A stretch of 64,000 nucleotides of DNA from positions 62,001-126,000 of IMG/VR virus record IMGVR_UViG_3300027985_001318; one strand, given 5' to 3'. Made by a program: the position numbers and the translations under genes. Below, piece by piece: positions 38,400 to 48,989 of the stretch. Every line of letters begins with the position of its first letter. Position 1 is the stretch's first letter. The notes below the pieces were generated by a model that saw only the letters and a program-made list of their open reading frames with translations, was not told where the DNA came from and ran no database searches.

Positions 38400-38814
38400 T
38401 TACAAATCCTTGTTGAGGTTGAGGTTGATTGATGGCAGCCTGGATAGAAGAAACGATAGGCAGCGCATGTTCGGTCCAACGAGCGATCAGTCCCTGGTAA
38501 GACATACCGAGCTCCAGGGCTTTTACAGTGCGATCAGCACCATTGATATGATCGTTCGTATCACGAACCTGTAGTTCCAAGACATCGATCTCTTTCTTGA
38601 AAGCCTGGACCTGTTCGTTCAATACACCCAGGTTATTGAGCAGAATCTGCCGATCGCACTGCCCTCCAGCACGAACGAAATCAAGAGCCAACTTAGCGAT
38701 ATGAATACCGGCATTATGAAGTTTTACGACTTCTTGATGGAAGAGAACGACTTCTTGGATCGGATCCTGACGCTGAGGTCGATAAGGGTGACGAGGTGCG
38801 CTTGAAACAGGCAT
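38392..38814 (-). CDS. hypothetical coiled-coil protein
   Basis: Coupled to the gp77-like gene. Confidence 0.7.
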   Translation of the reverse strand: MPVSSAPRHPYRPQRQDPIQEVVLFHQEVVKLHNAGIHIAKLALDFVRAGGQCDRQILLNNLGVLNEQVQAFKKEIDVLELQVRDTNDHINGADRTVKALELGMSYQGLIARWTEHALPIVSSIQAAINQPQPQQGFVNV

Positions 38815-38889
38815 GATAATTTTTCCCTATGTTAAGTAAAGGTCTCATAGATAGCCTTTACTTGATATTTTTTAACTACGGTGGATCTT

Positions 38890-39714
38890 ATGCTTAACGA
38901 GATTAATCAATATCTTGCCGACCATGTCTCTCTGGAAAGACGAGCTTTAGTGGTTGACTGTTTGCGGACTTTAGAGGCTGTGCTCGGCGCCGGTATTTAC
39001 GAACCACTCGATCCTCTCTTGACAATCGAAGAAGCTCAAGAACCAGCCAGTACTTTGGATACGATCAATGAAACAATTCTTGGTCTGTTCTATCAGGCCT
39101 ATGCGCAATTTGGGATCAGTCTAAACAAAGATCTTCTAGAAGCAGATCAATTCCAAGAACTCAGCAATGGGATCGAGGCATTACTGCAATTAGAAGTATC
39201 TGAATACGGCGAAGAGCTTTCTCTTGCACTAGAATGCTCGGACGATACTGTCGAAGCACTCCTTAACTCCATGGAGACAGTTTTGCCGGGCACTGAGCAT
39301 AAACTCTCACAGATTATCGAAAACGTATCTGTCAACCTGATACAACGTATCCGTGAAACCTTACATAGCCCGACTATCGTCACTGATTTTGACGACCAAG
39401 TAACAGCAGCGTATCTATCAAGAATCAAAACCTATAACTCTAAGTTTAGACGACCGGAGTTGGTTGAGTTCTTGCTGGACTCCGGGGCTAATCTACGCCT
39501 TAATCCAGAGCACAGCATCGGATTGGTAGCCGAGCATTTCGTCGAGTACGAAATCAGAGAAGTAGCCGAAACTATCTACGCGCTAGTGGTCTACAGTTCC
39601 GTTCCGGACGATCAGGTAGTCTCTCTAACCAAAAAGCTTTGCGAGCAAGCTTTTGCTGATGAAAACAAGATCGCTCAACTGGAGTTGGTGATCAATGAAG
39701 TTTTCAGGAGTTAA
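38890..39714 (+). CDS. conserved protein (gp79-like)
   Basis: Acidic helical ORF upstream of vRNAP subunit; synteny. Confidence 0.65.
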   Translation: MLNEINQYLADHVSLERRALVVDCLRTLEAVLGAGIYEPLDPLLTIEEAQEPASTLDTINETILGLFYQAYAQFGISLNKDLLEADQFQELSNGIEALLQLEVSEYGEELSLALECSDDTVEALLNSMETVLPGTEHKLSQIIENVSVNLIQRIRETLHSPTIVTDFDDQVTAAYLSRIKTYNSKFRRPELVEFLLDSGANLRLNPEHSIGLVAEHFVEYEIREVAETIYALVVYSSVPDDQVVSLTKKLCEQAFADENKIAQLELVINEVFRS

Positions 39715-39717
39715 GCC

Positions 39718-41025
39718 ATGGATCTTAATGAGTATTTTCTTAAAGCTCTACGTGCCAATGCTTGGCGTTGGCGAATGTGGATTTTTTCCTGCTTCACCGT
39801 TTCCAGGCTCGACGGCCTTGATTGGAAACAAGACCCTTTCCCGTATCGGCTGGTCGTCCAAGATCAGAAATACTATTTCGTCGATCCAGAAAACAACAAC
39901 GATTTGACCGAACTAGCTCCTTACAGTACCGAGCATCCGTTGTTCGGTATCGAAGAGCCAGTAGACGTACCTAGCGGCAGTCTGGCTAATATCTCCGAAG
40001 ATGTCCACACTACTTACGGTAATTTGCTTTTCAATGCAGCTGCGCTTTGTTATCCATTTGGTGCTACCGTGCCGTTTTACAACAAAGAAGGTGGACCTGA
40101 AGATATCGAAGCTCTTTATGGTTGGAGAGCCATAGAGAACCTACCGGAAGGGGAGGAGATCCCGGAAGGTAAGGTAACGCAACAGCAAATAAAAACTCAC
40201 TTGAACGTGATGTTTAACGTGATTTCTCACCTAGGACCGATCTGTGTCCAGTCGGCTTCTGAGAGAATGTTGCATGTCGATCCTAAAATCATCGAGCTAC
40301 GAGATCGTTTACTCGAGGAGAACAAAGACCGACTGAATGACATCACTGTGGTAGCAGATATCATTAAACAGTTGGTCCAGGCATTGCGAGATTCCTACAA
40401 GGATGATCCGGCTGCTGGTTTTCTGTTTAAATCAAAACACTTCGATACCATTCTGTTGCGCACCAGAGTTCTTCACGGTGTAGAGCATTCCTTTGATGGC
40501 GACGGTAGATTTGCATTGATAACCAAGTCGTTAGCTGAAGGTTGGGATTTTGACTACTTCGCCGAACTCAACAACTCTACCCGAATGGGTAGTTTTAACC
40601 GCGGTACCAACACGGCGATGGGCGGTGAAGCTGTTAAGTTCTTCTACCGTAGATTCCAGAACTCCAGATTGCATTTGAGAGACTGCGGTAGTAAGACCAC
40701 AGTACCTAGAATGATCCAGGGCAATATCAAGGATCGTTTCATTGGTAACTATTATGTGGTTGATAGTCAGCCAATCCAGATCACCAAAGATAATATCGAT
40801 GGGCTGGTTGGAAAGATCTTGCAGTTACGAGACCCTTCTGGCTGCAAAGAAGAAAACGGCGATTTCTGTATCTACTGCATGGGGGAGAATTACCGTAAGT
40901 TCCCCACAGCACTGGCCAATATCGAAGCCGTCGTCCCGTCTCAGTGGATGTATATCTACATGAAAAAGATGCACGGTGAAGCACTGAAAACCACCAAATT
41001 CACTAGTAAACTTCTTATGGACTAA
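39718..41025 (+). CDS. virion RNAP beta' fragment (gp80-like)
   Basis: TTYGN, SL.EGW, N..R.GSF.RG..TA.GG, DCGS, RDP..C....FC..C.G, MKKMH. Confidence 0.85.
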   Translation: MDLNEYFLKALRANAWRWRMWIFSCFTVSRLDGLDWKQDPFPYRLVVQDQKYYFVDPENNNDLTELAPYSTEHPLFGIEEPVDVPSGSLANISEDVHTTYGNLLFNAAALCYPFGATVPFYNKEGGPEDIEALYGWRAIENLPEGEEIPEGKVTQQQIKTHLNVMFNVISHLGPICVQSASERMLHVDPKIIELRDRLLEENKDRLNDITVVADIIKQLVQALRDSYKDDPAAGFLFKSKHFDTILLRTRVLHGVEHSFDGDGRFALITKSLAEGWDFDYFAELNNSTRMGSFNRGTNTAMGGEAVKFFYRRFQNSRLHLRDCGSKTTVPRMIQGNIKDRFIGNYYVVDSQPIQITKDNIDGLVGKILQLRDPSGCKEENGDFCIYCMGENYRKFPTALANIEAVVPSQWMYIYMKKMHGEALKTTKFTSKLLMD

Positions 41026-41046
41026 TCGTTTAGAGAGGAAAGAACA

Positions 41047-41712
41047 ATGGCTAAAGCTCCTGCAAAACAAACCGCAGTAAGACGCACAGCGAAGGAAGCA
41101 GTTCCTCAGCAGTCGGCCGCTACTGAAGAAACTGTTGTACAAGAAACACTGCCGGACACCCCGATCGGTGAAACCGAAACCATCGCCGATGCCGAAACCG
41201 TTACTCAGGTGATCGAAACCCAAGAAGCTCTGGAGCAGATCGACGGTACCGAGATCGCTCCCGAGCAGGTCACTGAAGCAATGGAAGCCACCAGCACGAT
41301 CTATAAACTGATCATGGCTGATATGGCTCACTACATTGCCTCCATGGGTCCTACCTCCCCGCAGAGCGAAGCTTCTGGCGCCTCCCATCAAGTGCTGTTG
41401 TTCCGCAACCTGCAACGCGTGTTCCGTTTGGGTGACGACGAGTTCGTTAAATGTTTGAACGAAATCCTGGCGATGTTTGGCAATGCCAACAATCTGGCAC
41501 TGCAGAAAGAACTGCCGTTCCGTTTCATCCCTAACGTGGCACTCACCAAAGACCAACGCCAGTTGTTCGTTCGTTTGCTGCAGTTACTGCAAACCGCTTC
41601 CAATCCGGTTCTGCGCAGCGCCGTAGCTGCACGCACCAACCTGGCCGAAATCTCCCGACTGATGTCTGATGAGCGTTCTAGCCAACGCCTGACTGCGTTT
41701 TTCAGCAAGTAA
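41047..41712 (+). CDS. conserved hypothetical protein
   Basis: GAGG RBS; acidic disordered N-terminus; Y...M.P pattern. Confidence 0.7.
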   Translation: MAKAPAKQTAVRRTAKEAVPQQSAATEETVVQETLPDTPIGETETIADAETVTQVIETQEALEQIDGTEIAPEQVTEAMEATSTIYKLIMADMAHYIASMGPTSPQSEASGASHQVLLFRNLQRVFRLGDDEFVKCLNEILAMFGNANNLALQKELPFRFIPNVALTKDQRQLFVRLLQLLQTASNPVLRSAVAARTNLAEISRLMSDERSSQRLTAFFSK

Positions 41713-41789
41713 GTAAACGGCAAAAACTTAGAGGAGGCAATTGCCTCCTCTAATCAGGCTATTGTGTGAAACACTATCCGGAGAGAATC

Positions 41790-43559
41790 ATGCGTAAAAA
41801 TCATCTGACATTAGCATTGGAGCAAAGCTTTGCTCCAACCGCAGAACTCACTTATAGTGAGGAAGGTTTCAAGGACCTGTTCCGTAAAATTTACGATAAA
41901 TGGAAAGAGTGGTTCCCGACCACTTACTGGACACTGGAAGGTGCCAAGAATGGTCTGATCAAAAAGACCGATCAGTTGCGAGCTTTCGGTAAAATCGGTA
42001 ACGATTACGCTGACATGATAGCTGGTGGTCTGATCGCCAACGAAGCCGCACTTAATGCGCTCTCATCGTCTTTCAAGTCCAAGCGTCCCCTGGTTTCCAC
42101 AGCCCGTTATCTTGGCGAGGTAAACCGTTTCATTGCAAAGATCAATAACCGTGGTCGGATGCAGCGCGGTCGTTTTAACCTGGAGCTGGCCGAACTGGCT
42201 ATCGAAGGACGTGATGAAAAGATCAAGGAGTTTATCGACCAGGCTACACGGTTCGGTAATCTTACTCTTTTGAGAAAGTACGAAGAAGCCGTAGAGTTGG
42301 CTCAATTAGCCATCAGACAAGGCCGTGAAGGTTTGGTGATCGCCGCCGGTCTGAACGCCAAGGCGTTTTCTGTGAGCGTCGAAAAACTCCCGTTGGAGAA
42401 TTTCGATACCGACATGTACTTGCGTACTTACAACCCCAGTAACTCCTTCCAGATCTCTTTCCAAGACCTTGAGCGCAAAGTCTTGAGCGAGTACTACACT
42501 CCTTTGTTTGAGACGTTGCGTTTCTTTGTGGATAGCCGCGCCTATAGCCGGGTGTTGGGTCTTCTGTGGGCACTCGACATGTACGACTACGAAGCAGAAG
42601 ATCACGAAGACAGAACTGACAGAGCACGTCGAGAAAATTTCCTTCGTCTAGTCCTGGAACTTTTCGGTGTCGGTTTCGAAGACGCGATCAAAGTCGTCAC
42701 CAAACAAGTCCAGAACTCCTACGTGGCGATGTTGGCGTTCCGTTGCCAATGTAGCGACTACATGACCTTACATCGACTGCTCTTGCAGGCACAAATCGCT
42801 TACGCCGAAGAAACCATTCGTCGATTGCGCGATGCCGACCCACAGACGATCAGCCAAGAGGCTTTCGATGAAAGTCTCTATCAACAGCCGCTTAGCGTCC
42901 CTGGCACTTACAGTTTCGGTAAAACCACCGTTAAGGTCGAGCCGGAGCCGAGCTCCTTCGAAGGAAACGTTCCTTCCGAAGAGAACTATCGGCCGTTGCC
43001 GAAACGCCAAAAGGGCGAACAGGTACTAGCCAATGCCTTCCAAGAACAGCTGAGGGCTTCCCTAGCTAACGCAAACAACCCTCTCTCCTTAGAGGGAGTT
43101 GAAGTTCTTGACGCAGTAGCCAAGCGGTTGTTCGCTGGGATTTTCAGCGCTGAAGCTGCCGGTGAAGCGAGTAACGATGATCCGATGGACGTGGTAGTGG
43201 AAACGGCTAGGGATGAGATCGAGTTGGTGGTCGATGAGTACGAGAAGGAACCCTGCTTCCAGCCCGTCTACAGTGCCTTCAGTGACGCGTTCACTAAGAC
43301 CCTGGACTTCACTCAGACCTATCGAGCTAACTTGGGCTTTGATACCCCAGACATGAAAATCGGTGACTGCGTTGAAGCTTTCAGTGACGGCACGGTCTAC
43401 CCGCAACGCGACTGTAAGCAAGTGGCTGAATGCCGCGTAGGGAAAGGCTGCTGGGAGTTTAAGACCCAGGAAGACGGTGAGTGGTTTACCGCTCCGGACT
43501 CCGATTACCTCGAGTCCTACCTGAACCAAGACAACACCACGGTACATCAGTATCGCTAA
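41790..43559 (+). CDS. putative internal head protein
   Basis: Several prohead-protease-type sites (ALE, SEEGF, SQEAF, SLEG). Confidence 0.55.
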   Translation: MRKNHLTLALEQSFAPTAELTYSEEGFKDLFRKIYDKWKEWFPTTYWTLEGAKNGLIKKTDQLRAFGKIGNDYADMIAGGLIANEAALNALSSSFKSKRPLVSTARYLGEVNRFIAKINNRGRMQRGRFNLELAELAIEGRDEKIKEFIDQATRFGNLTLLRKYEEAVELAQLAIRQGREGLVIAAGLNAKAFSVSVEKLPLENFDTDMYLRTYNPSNSFQISFQDLERKVLSEYYTPLFETLRFFVDSRAYSRVLGLLWALDMYDYEAEDHEDRTDRARRENFLRLVLELFGVGFEDAIKVVTKQVQNSYVAMLAFRCQCSDYMTLHRLLLQAQIAYAEETIRRLRDADPQTISQEAFDESLYQQPLSVPGTYSFGKTTVKVEPEPSSFEGNVPSEENYRPLPKRQKGEQVLANAFQEQLRASLANANNPLSLEGVEVLDAVAKRLFAGIFSAEAAGEASNDDPMDVVVETARDEIELVVDEYEKEPCFQPVYSAFSDAFTKTLDFTQTYRANLGFDTPDMKIGDCVEAFSDGTVYPQRDCKQVAECRVGKGCWEFKTQEDGEWFTAPDSDYLESYLNQDNTTVHQYR

Positions 43560-43566
43560 AGCGAAC

Positions 43567-43596
43567 AAAAGAGAGGGCTTTCGCCCTCTCTTTTTT
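43567..43596. terminator. bidirectional terminator
   Basis: GAGAGGGC-TTTC-GCCCTCTC with A and T tracts. Confidence 0.85.
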
Positions 43597-43837
43597 AGGC
43601 TGCTTGCTGAAGATTTTTCTCCTCCATGTAAGCCGCCAACATGGTTTCCAGAGTAGGAGTTTTATAAACATCCCTACAGAATTCAAGAGCGTTAGTTCTA
43701 CCACCAGTGATATTGATCCCAATCTTTCTACGCATAGCCAAGTCAAGACCTTGAATCTGTGAAACTTCTCTAAAGGTTGTTTCATGACTGATATTCAAGA
43801 GCACCTGACCGTTGGGATATGCGGCAGCTACGTCGAT
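43595..43837 (-). CDS. DNA polymerase exonuclease/motif-A subunit (gp82-like), exon 2
   Basis: IDVAAAYPNG...NISHETT..E; joins HVGD. Confidence 0.85.
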   Translation of the reverse strand: MDVAAAYPNGQVLLNISHETTFREVSQIQGLDLAMRRKIGINITGGRTNALEFCRDVYKTPTLETMLAAYMEEKNLQQAA

Positions 43838-45420
43838 CGAATTGTTCGGATGGGTCGTTAAGCCACCCCGCCTCTCGCTGTCGTCACGACAGTAAAAGAC
43901 TGCTTCAGCTGTTAGCTGAATGCCCAGACTATATCTTCTTCCGCCAGTATACAAAGCGTTTATGCATTTAACGCTCTGAGTCGTTCCTTCACGGAACACT
44001 GTGGAGATTACCATTTCGAGCCCACTTGGTGCCCTACTCCCTGGCTAAGGGATAGTCGTTGAACCTTACGCATAGCTTGTTTCACAACAATCTTTAGCGT
44101 CTTGGATGCTGATTATGGATTGCAAGTTAGCTAGTCTTTTGAACCGCTAACATCCATGTGATTCTTTCTGGCTCTCGCCCGCATTCACGCCCGAGCTTTC
44201 GCTCCACGTTGTAGCTCACACGGCTTTACCTTACTCCCAGCAGTTAAATAATGATCACTCCACCGTTACCGATAGAGCGGACAAGACGAAAAAGACTATT
44301 AACGTTTAGAGAACTTAAATTTGTACCCGTTTTTACCGAAGCCGCTATTTCGTTTACAGGCGTAGTAAATGCTCGCCGGCCTTAGACCAACGGCACTACC
44401 GGCCTCTAAAGCAGAAGCAAACTCAGTCACAACACCATCCCTATTTTCAGCAATAACTGGCTCGTTATTAATGCCGCCAGTACGGACAGGGATTAGTTTA
44501 TCTTTATCGACATCAGGCCAAGGTCTTGGATCATCGGCATACTTGAACAAACGCATATCGGCATATACGTTCAAACCAATACCGTTCTTCAATCGCTGCA
44601 TTATCAGATCACCTCTTCTCATCCCGTAATGTTTAGCTGCGGATTGAGTTGTCGGGAATCTTAATTCCTTACCAGTAAGTAATTCTTTAACAACCACTGG
44701 TCGACTACTATTCGGCCTTAAACCGAGATCGTAGGCGTGTAGGGAATTTTCGCGATAGCTGGTCCATTCCAAATTATCCAGTTCGTCAGAACCAGGTATC
44801 CCATTTAAATGGTTAATGACCATAGTTCTAACTACCTTATTTGGATGTTTAAACACTACACCCAAAGCCCTATGTCTAAAAAGAGTTTGTGATTTACCGC
44901 TGTCGTCTAATAGCCTGGTGTAGAAATAACCGCCAGTACTATTACGTTCCAAATTAGGTGGAGTAATACTCCACACTTTCTTTTTCATGGTCTCGGTATT
45001 CCAGATCTCACCGTTTCTACTTATCGCATAAACAGTAAAACCAGGTATCCTGTAAAAACCAGGCTTTTCATCCCACTCAACCAAACCTTTGAAACGGTAA
45101 CTTAGATTATCGATGTTTAGATTACCGATATCCTCATCTTCGTACAGTGGTTCGATCTCCTTCATGAAGAAATAGTCTAGCTTGAAACCATAAAACGTTA
45201 TCAACAATAGTGTGGCAATCGGGTAAAAGATCTCTCCATTCACCCACGTAAGTTTCACTGAGAAATGCCCGCCTACTAAAGACGGTGTTATTTCTCCTTC
45301 GGCATCAAAAATCTGCCCATTATCTCGTATGAGGTAACGCCTACATGAATGTGGTAAAAAACGTTCTTTCATCATTTCGTCCTACATGACAATATATCTC
45401 ATATTATCGTGCAGTTTTTT
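43838..45420 (-). mobile_element. group I intron in DNA polymerase gene
   Basis: Minus strand P AACTGCTGGGAG, Q AATCAGCA, R GGTTCAACGACTA, S AAGATATAGTCT; terminal G43838; exon 1 ends in U. Confidence 0.88.
44299..45375 (-). CDS. intron-encoded HNH homing endonuclease
   Basis: NUMOD4-like YRIPGF..YAIS..G; HRAL...F, INHLNG...D..DNLEW; degenerate HNH-like N-terminal module. Confidence 0.88.
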   Translation of the reverse strand: MMKERFLPHSCRRYLIRDNGQIFDAEGEITPSLVGGHFSVKLTWVNGEIFYPIATLLLITFYGFKLDYFFMKEIEPLYEDEDIGNLNIDNLSYRFKGLVEWDEKPGFYRIPGFTVYAISRNGEIWNTETMKKKVWSITPPNLERNSTGGYFYTRLLDDSGKSQTLFRHRALGVVFKHPNKVVRTMVINHLNGIPGSDELDNLEWTSYRENSLHAYDLGLRPNSSRPVVVKELLTGKELRFPTTQSAAKHYGMRRGDLIMQRLKNGIGLNVYADMRLFKYADDPRPWPDVDKDKLIPVRTGGINNEPVIAENRDGVVTEFASALEAGSAVGLRPASIYYACKRNSGFGKNGYKFKFSKR

Positions 45421-47136
45421 ATCGCCTACATGAAGGTACACCTGCGAAGTGAGTTCTGGGAACTCCACTAACGGATGGTATTCGCTCTCCACTATCTGGT
45501 GTGCCGGTAGAGTTACAATCCATTCCTTTGGAGTAACTACCAGCTCATCTAGTTCTGTAGCCATTTGTTTCGAAGTAGAAGCAATAACGTGCTTTTGCTG
45601 TAAACCGAAGAAATGCAATCGGTCACAGGTACGGCGCGGTTGAGAAGAGAACTTACTATAATCCGAGCTACGACATAACAGAGAAATCGTAGACCCGAGA
45701 TCCATTGTTTTCTCGTCCAACAACTCAACTCCGATACAGTCGAACAAGTTGTAGATTAAGTATTCCAGCTTGTAGTTCTTTTGCATGAATTCGTGCCATG
45801 CCAAGCGTTCTAAGCCATCGGCTTCTTTAAACTTCAACTTACGAATGCCTAAGTGACGTTCCAGAGTAGCGTCTAGAGCATAGGACATCTTACCCTTACC
45901 CAGACGAATCTTCTGGTAAACGCACATGCCATCGATCGGATAGAACGAGGCTGGACAAGTTACGACGTGCCAACGTTCGGCCGGCGATAACGGCATTGTT
46001 CTACCAGATTCCGTTACCTTTATCTTAGTTCCTTCTTGATAATTGAAATAACGGAACTCCGGAGGTACTGATGGGTCGCTGAAAACTTCGGCTGGATCAA
46101 TACCGGCGTATTTCAGGTGCTCGAGCATTTTTGGAATATCGAAATTGATGTTCCAAAACGCCAAGAAATCAGGTTTCCATTCATGAGCCTTACCAATCAA
46201 TTTAACTACCAAATCGGCAGGATTGTCAGCAAACATTATTTCCAAGTTAATGTTGCGTTTGTAAACTACATCCTTACCAATGTCTTCCAATAACTCCTCA
46301 TTACCTTCTTTGGACAGGGCTTCTACCAAGCTAACCCACTTTTCCATCTCCATCGGCTGCAATTGCTTGCTCTTAGCTGTGGCTTCGTAGGTTTTATAGA
46401 GCTTAGGTAGGCGGTCCATGAAATCGTCTTCATCGCGGACCATCTCAGCAACTAAAGACGCTTGCTGAACCTGCTCTCCTAAACCACCGCCGGAAAAGAA
46501 CCCCTGTAAGAACATCTTGGAGTTATCGTTAAGAGCTAAGTAATGATGAAACTTCTCACGTATCCGAGTAGTTACATTGGGCCCGTCGTCAACAAACGAA
46601 CGGTTAATCACCAGCAACGCTTTATCTTTGAAAGTCAAAGAACCGGAGATGATATCGCGCCCATCGGTGTAGAGAACATCGGTTTCCAAGTCACAAACCG
46701 CCACACTGTTCAGACTGACGTGGTCTGGCCAGCGATCTTTGTATTGCTGTTTGTAGATGGTAGTAGATGGCACATCGATGCCGTAGACATAGGGACTGTC
46801 GGCTAAGAGACGAAGATCACCATTCCATCTTTTACGCAACGCCCTCGCCACATTGATACCTAGGTCTCGCTGTGTAGATGACATCCGATGGACTCTGTCT
46901 ATGCTTTCGAACAGCTTCTTATCTTTGTGTTTCCTGAACCCATCTTTTGTTACCCAAAAGTCCCGTTTGAAGTTAAAAACCTTACGAGTAAAAGGAATGA
47001 CCCGACCATCGTTAAGGTGGACTGCTTCCTTAACAAACAACATATCGTCCCTGCTTTCGGGGTCTTGCGATGGCGCATAGATTACATGACGACATTCAAT
47101 ACCGACGACATCCGATTTCTTAAAAGGTAAATTCAT
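45421..47136 (-). CDS. DNA polymerase exonuclease/motif-A subunit (gp82-like), exon 1
   Basis: ExoI DLETD, ExoII WNINFD, ExoIII YNLFD; spliced product about 652 aa. Confidence 0.88.
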
Positions 47137-47231
47137 TATTCCTACTCCCTAGCCTGCTATAAGTTTAGGCCATTCCGTGATTTTTTATTGGCATCATATG
47201 AACTCCTTAACCCAGAACAAGGATCTTTCAG

Positions 47232-48515
47232 ATGAAAGACTTTATCAAGAAACAGTTAGAAATGGACATCGGTTTCGCCTTAGGTACCGAAGCCGTAGCA
47301 TTCCAGCACGACCGTGGACTCTTCCTCGATCTCGCTGCATGTTTTGAACCACTGATCCAGAAAGGACGTAGCAAAGCAGTTACTGCCAGAGACGTCCGGG
47401 AATGTGGAGTGGAGGCAGTTATCAAGAAACATACCAACCTCACCTTTAATCTTGGTGTATGGGCTGGGATGTTAAACGCCTGCGTTTATCCTCCCCAACT
47501 GGACTCCAGTCATCCGTTTTATAACGGCTGGTATCGTGGAGCTACCGAAGACATTGCCAAGTTGATCAAGAAAGCCACCGACCCCATTCGTGGGGTTATC
47601 GACCTTAAGAAGGGTTGGGTCAGCGGCGTTTATGCTGAGCTTAACATGAAAATGATGCTCGGTACCGAGCTCTTCACTTGCCAGATGAATGCCGAACATG
47701 TAGCAGCCATCTGTCTGCACGAAATCGGTCACGTGATGTCTTATCTGGAATTCCTTGGTGAGTTCGGACAATACAACCTGCTGCTGTTGGGCTTGACTAA
47801 AGCCGTTACGGGTCATGAACCGGCAGAAAAGAAAATCGAAATCATGCGTTTGATCGAGTCCCATACTGGCAATACCATCCCGAACAAGGAAGTCTTGGCC
47901 CAAAGTAGCGATCCCAAGGACTACATCAAGATCGTGGTTTCTGATCGACCTGCCGGAACCAGAACCAGCTCTGGTTCGATGATGAACGACATCAAGGCCT
48001 GGGAATTCGCTTCTGATCAGTTCGCAGTACGGATGGGTGCCGGTAAGGCATTGGCTGAGAGCATGAATATCCTGTACAAGACCTGCGGTTCGGCAGCAAC
48101 TCTCAGTACTGCTGGCTTCATCGCCACCCAAGTTTTAACTCTCATTACTTTGATCTGGACCGGTTTTCTCACTTTCGGAATTATTCCGTTGTTAATGATA
48201 GTTCTCTACTGCCCGTATTTCAGCACCTATGACAACGAAGCTTATCGCGTTACTCGTATGCGGTTGTCATTGCTGGAAGCCCTCAAGGATCGTGAACTGG
48301 ACGCTGAAACTCGCAAGCGCATTAACGAAGAAATCGAAACTATCGATAACATCCTCGTTACCCTAAAAGATCGAGAAGGTCTGCTGGATAAGATCAAGCT
48401 ACTGATTTCTCCGGCAACACGACGCGAGAAGCGCGAAATCCTCCTCCAACAACTCACTGAATCGCTCGGCAACAACGATCTGTTTCTGGCCGGTTCTCGT
48501 TTCCAATCCAGATAG
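47232..48515 (+). CDS. virion protein with zincin motif (gp84-like)
   Basis: HEIGH, EFASDQFAVRMG, hydrophobic hairpin; GTE-AV site. Confidence 0.7.
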   Translation: MKDFIKKQLEMDIGFALGTEAVAFQHDRGLFLDLAACFEPLIQKGRSKAVTARDVRECGVEAVIKKHTNLTFNLGVWAGMLNACVYPPQLDSSHPFYNGWYRGATEDIAKLIKKATDPIRGVIDLKKGWVSGVYAELNMKMMLGTELFTCQMNAEHVAAICLHEIGHVMSYLEFLGEFGQYNLLLLGLTKAVTGHEPAEKKIEIMRLIESHTGNTIPNKEVLAQSSDPKDYIKIVVSDRPAGTRTSSGSMMNDIKAWEFASDQFAVRMGAGKALAESMNILYKTCGSAATLSTAGFIATQVLTLITLIWTGFLTFGIIPLLMIVLYCPYFSTYDNEAYRVTRMRLSLLEALKDRELDAETRKRINEEIETIDNILVTLKDREGLLDKIKLLISPATRREKREILLQQLTESLGNNDLFLAGSRFQSR

Positions 48516-48530
48516 GAAGGACCAGTAAAA

Positions 48531-48989
48531 ATGGTTATGAAAATTACCAATGTTCAAAGCGTTCTGAATCAACTCCAGATCATCCACAACAACCAGCCTG
48601 AAGCCAAGTCTTCGGTACAGCAGTACGTGGTAGCCAAAGCACTGGCCTTCGATGCCATCATTCCGTCCCAGGAAGTGTCCAGCCCGCGTGCCTATTACCT
48701 GGAAAACATCGCCAGGCCGCTTGAGGCGTTGCTGTCCCAGATCAACGAAGTGGTGGTGTTGAACTTTAACACCACTACTGAAACCGCTTACCGGATCTGG
48801 CTGGCGCGTTACAATCTGGTTTACGACTGCATGGCTAGCGACGATCTGGAACTCTACAAGTGTCTGCGAGCACAGTCTGTAATGGACGCTATCGTCATCG
48901 ACGGTTTTAATCGTACCGAGAAACAAGTAGGTTTCGATATCGCTGACAGCGTACGCGAGCTGGTGCGGACTTTCCAAGAAAAGGAGTAA
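48531..48989 (+). CDS. virion protein (gp85-like)
   Basis: Synteny. Confidence 0.55.
   Translation: MVMKITNVQSVLNQLQIIHNNQPEAKSSVQQYVVAKALAFDAIIPSQEVSSPRAYYLENIARPLEALLSQINEVVVLNFNTTTETAYRIWLARYNLVYDCMASDDLELYKCLRAQSVMDAIVIDGFNRTEKQVGFDIADSVRELVRTFQEKE

Noticed and set aside
43838-44014. N-terminal part of ORF 43595..44014
   Set aside because: Intron core sequence (S element and P9), not protein
46265-46536. Intein in the DNA polymerase
   Set aside because: No C/S start block or HN-C/S/T end
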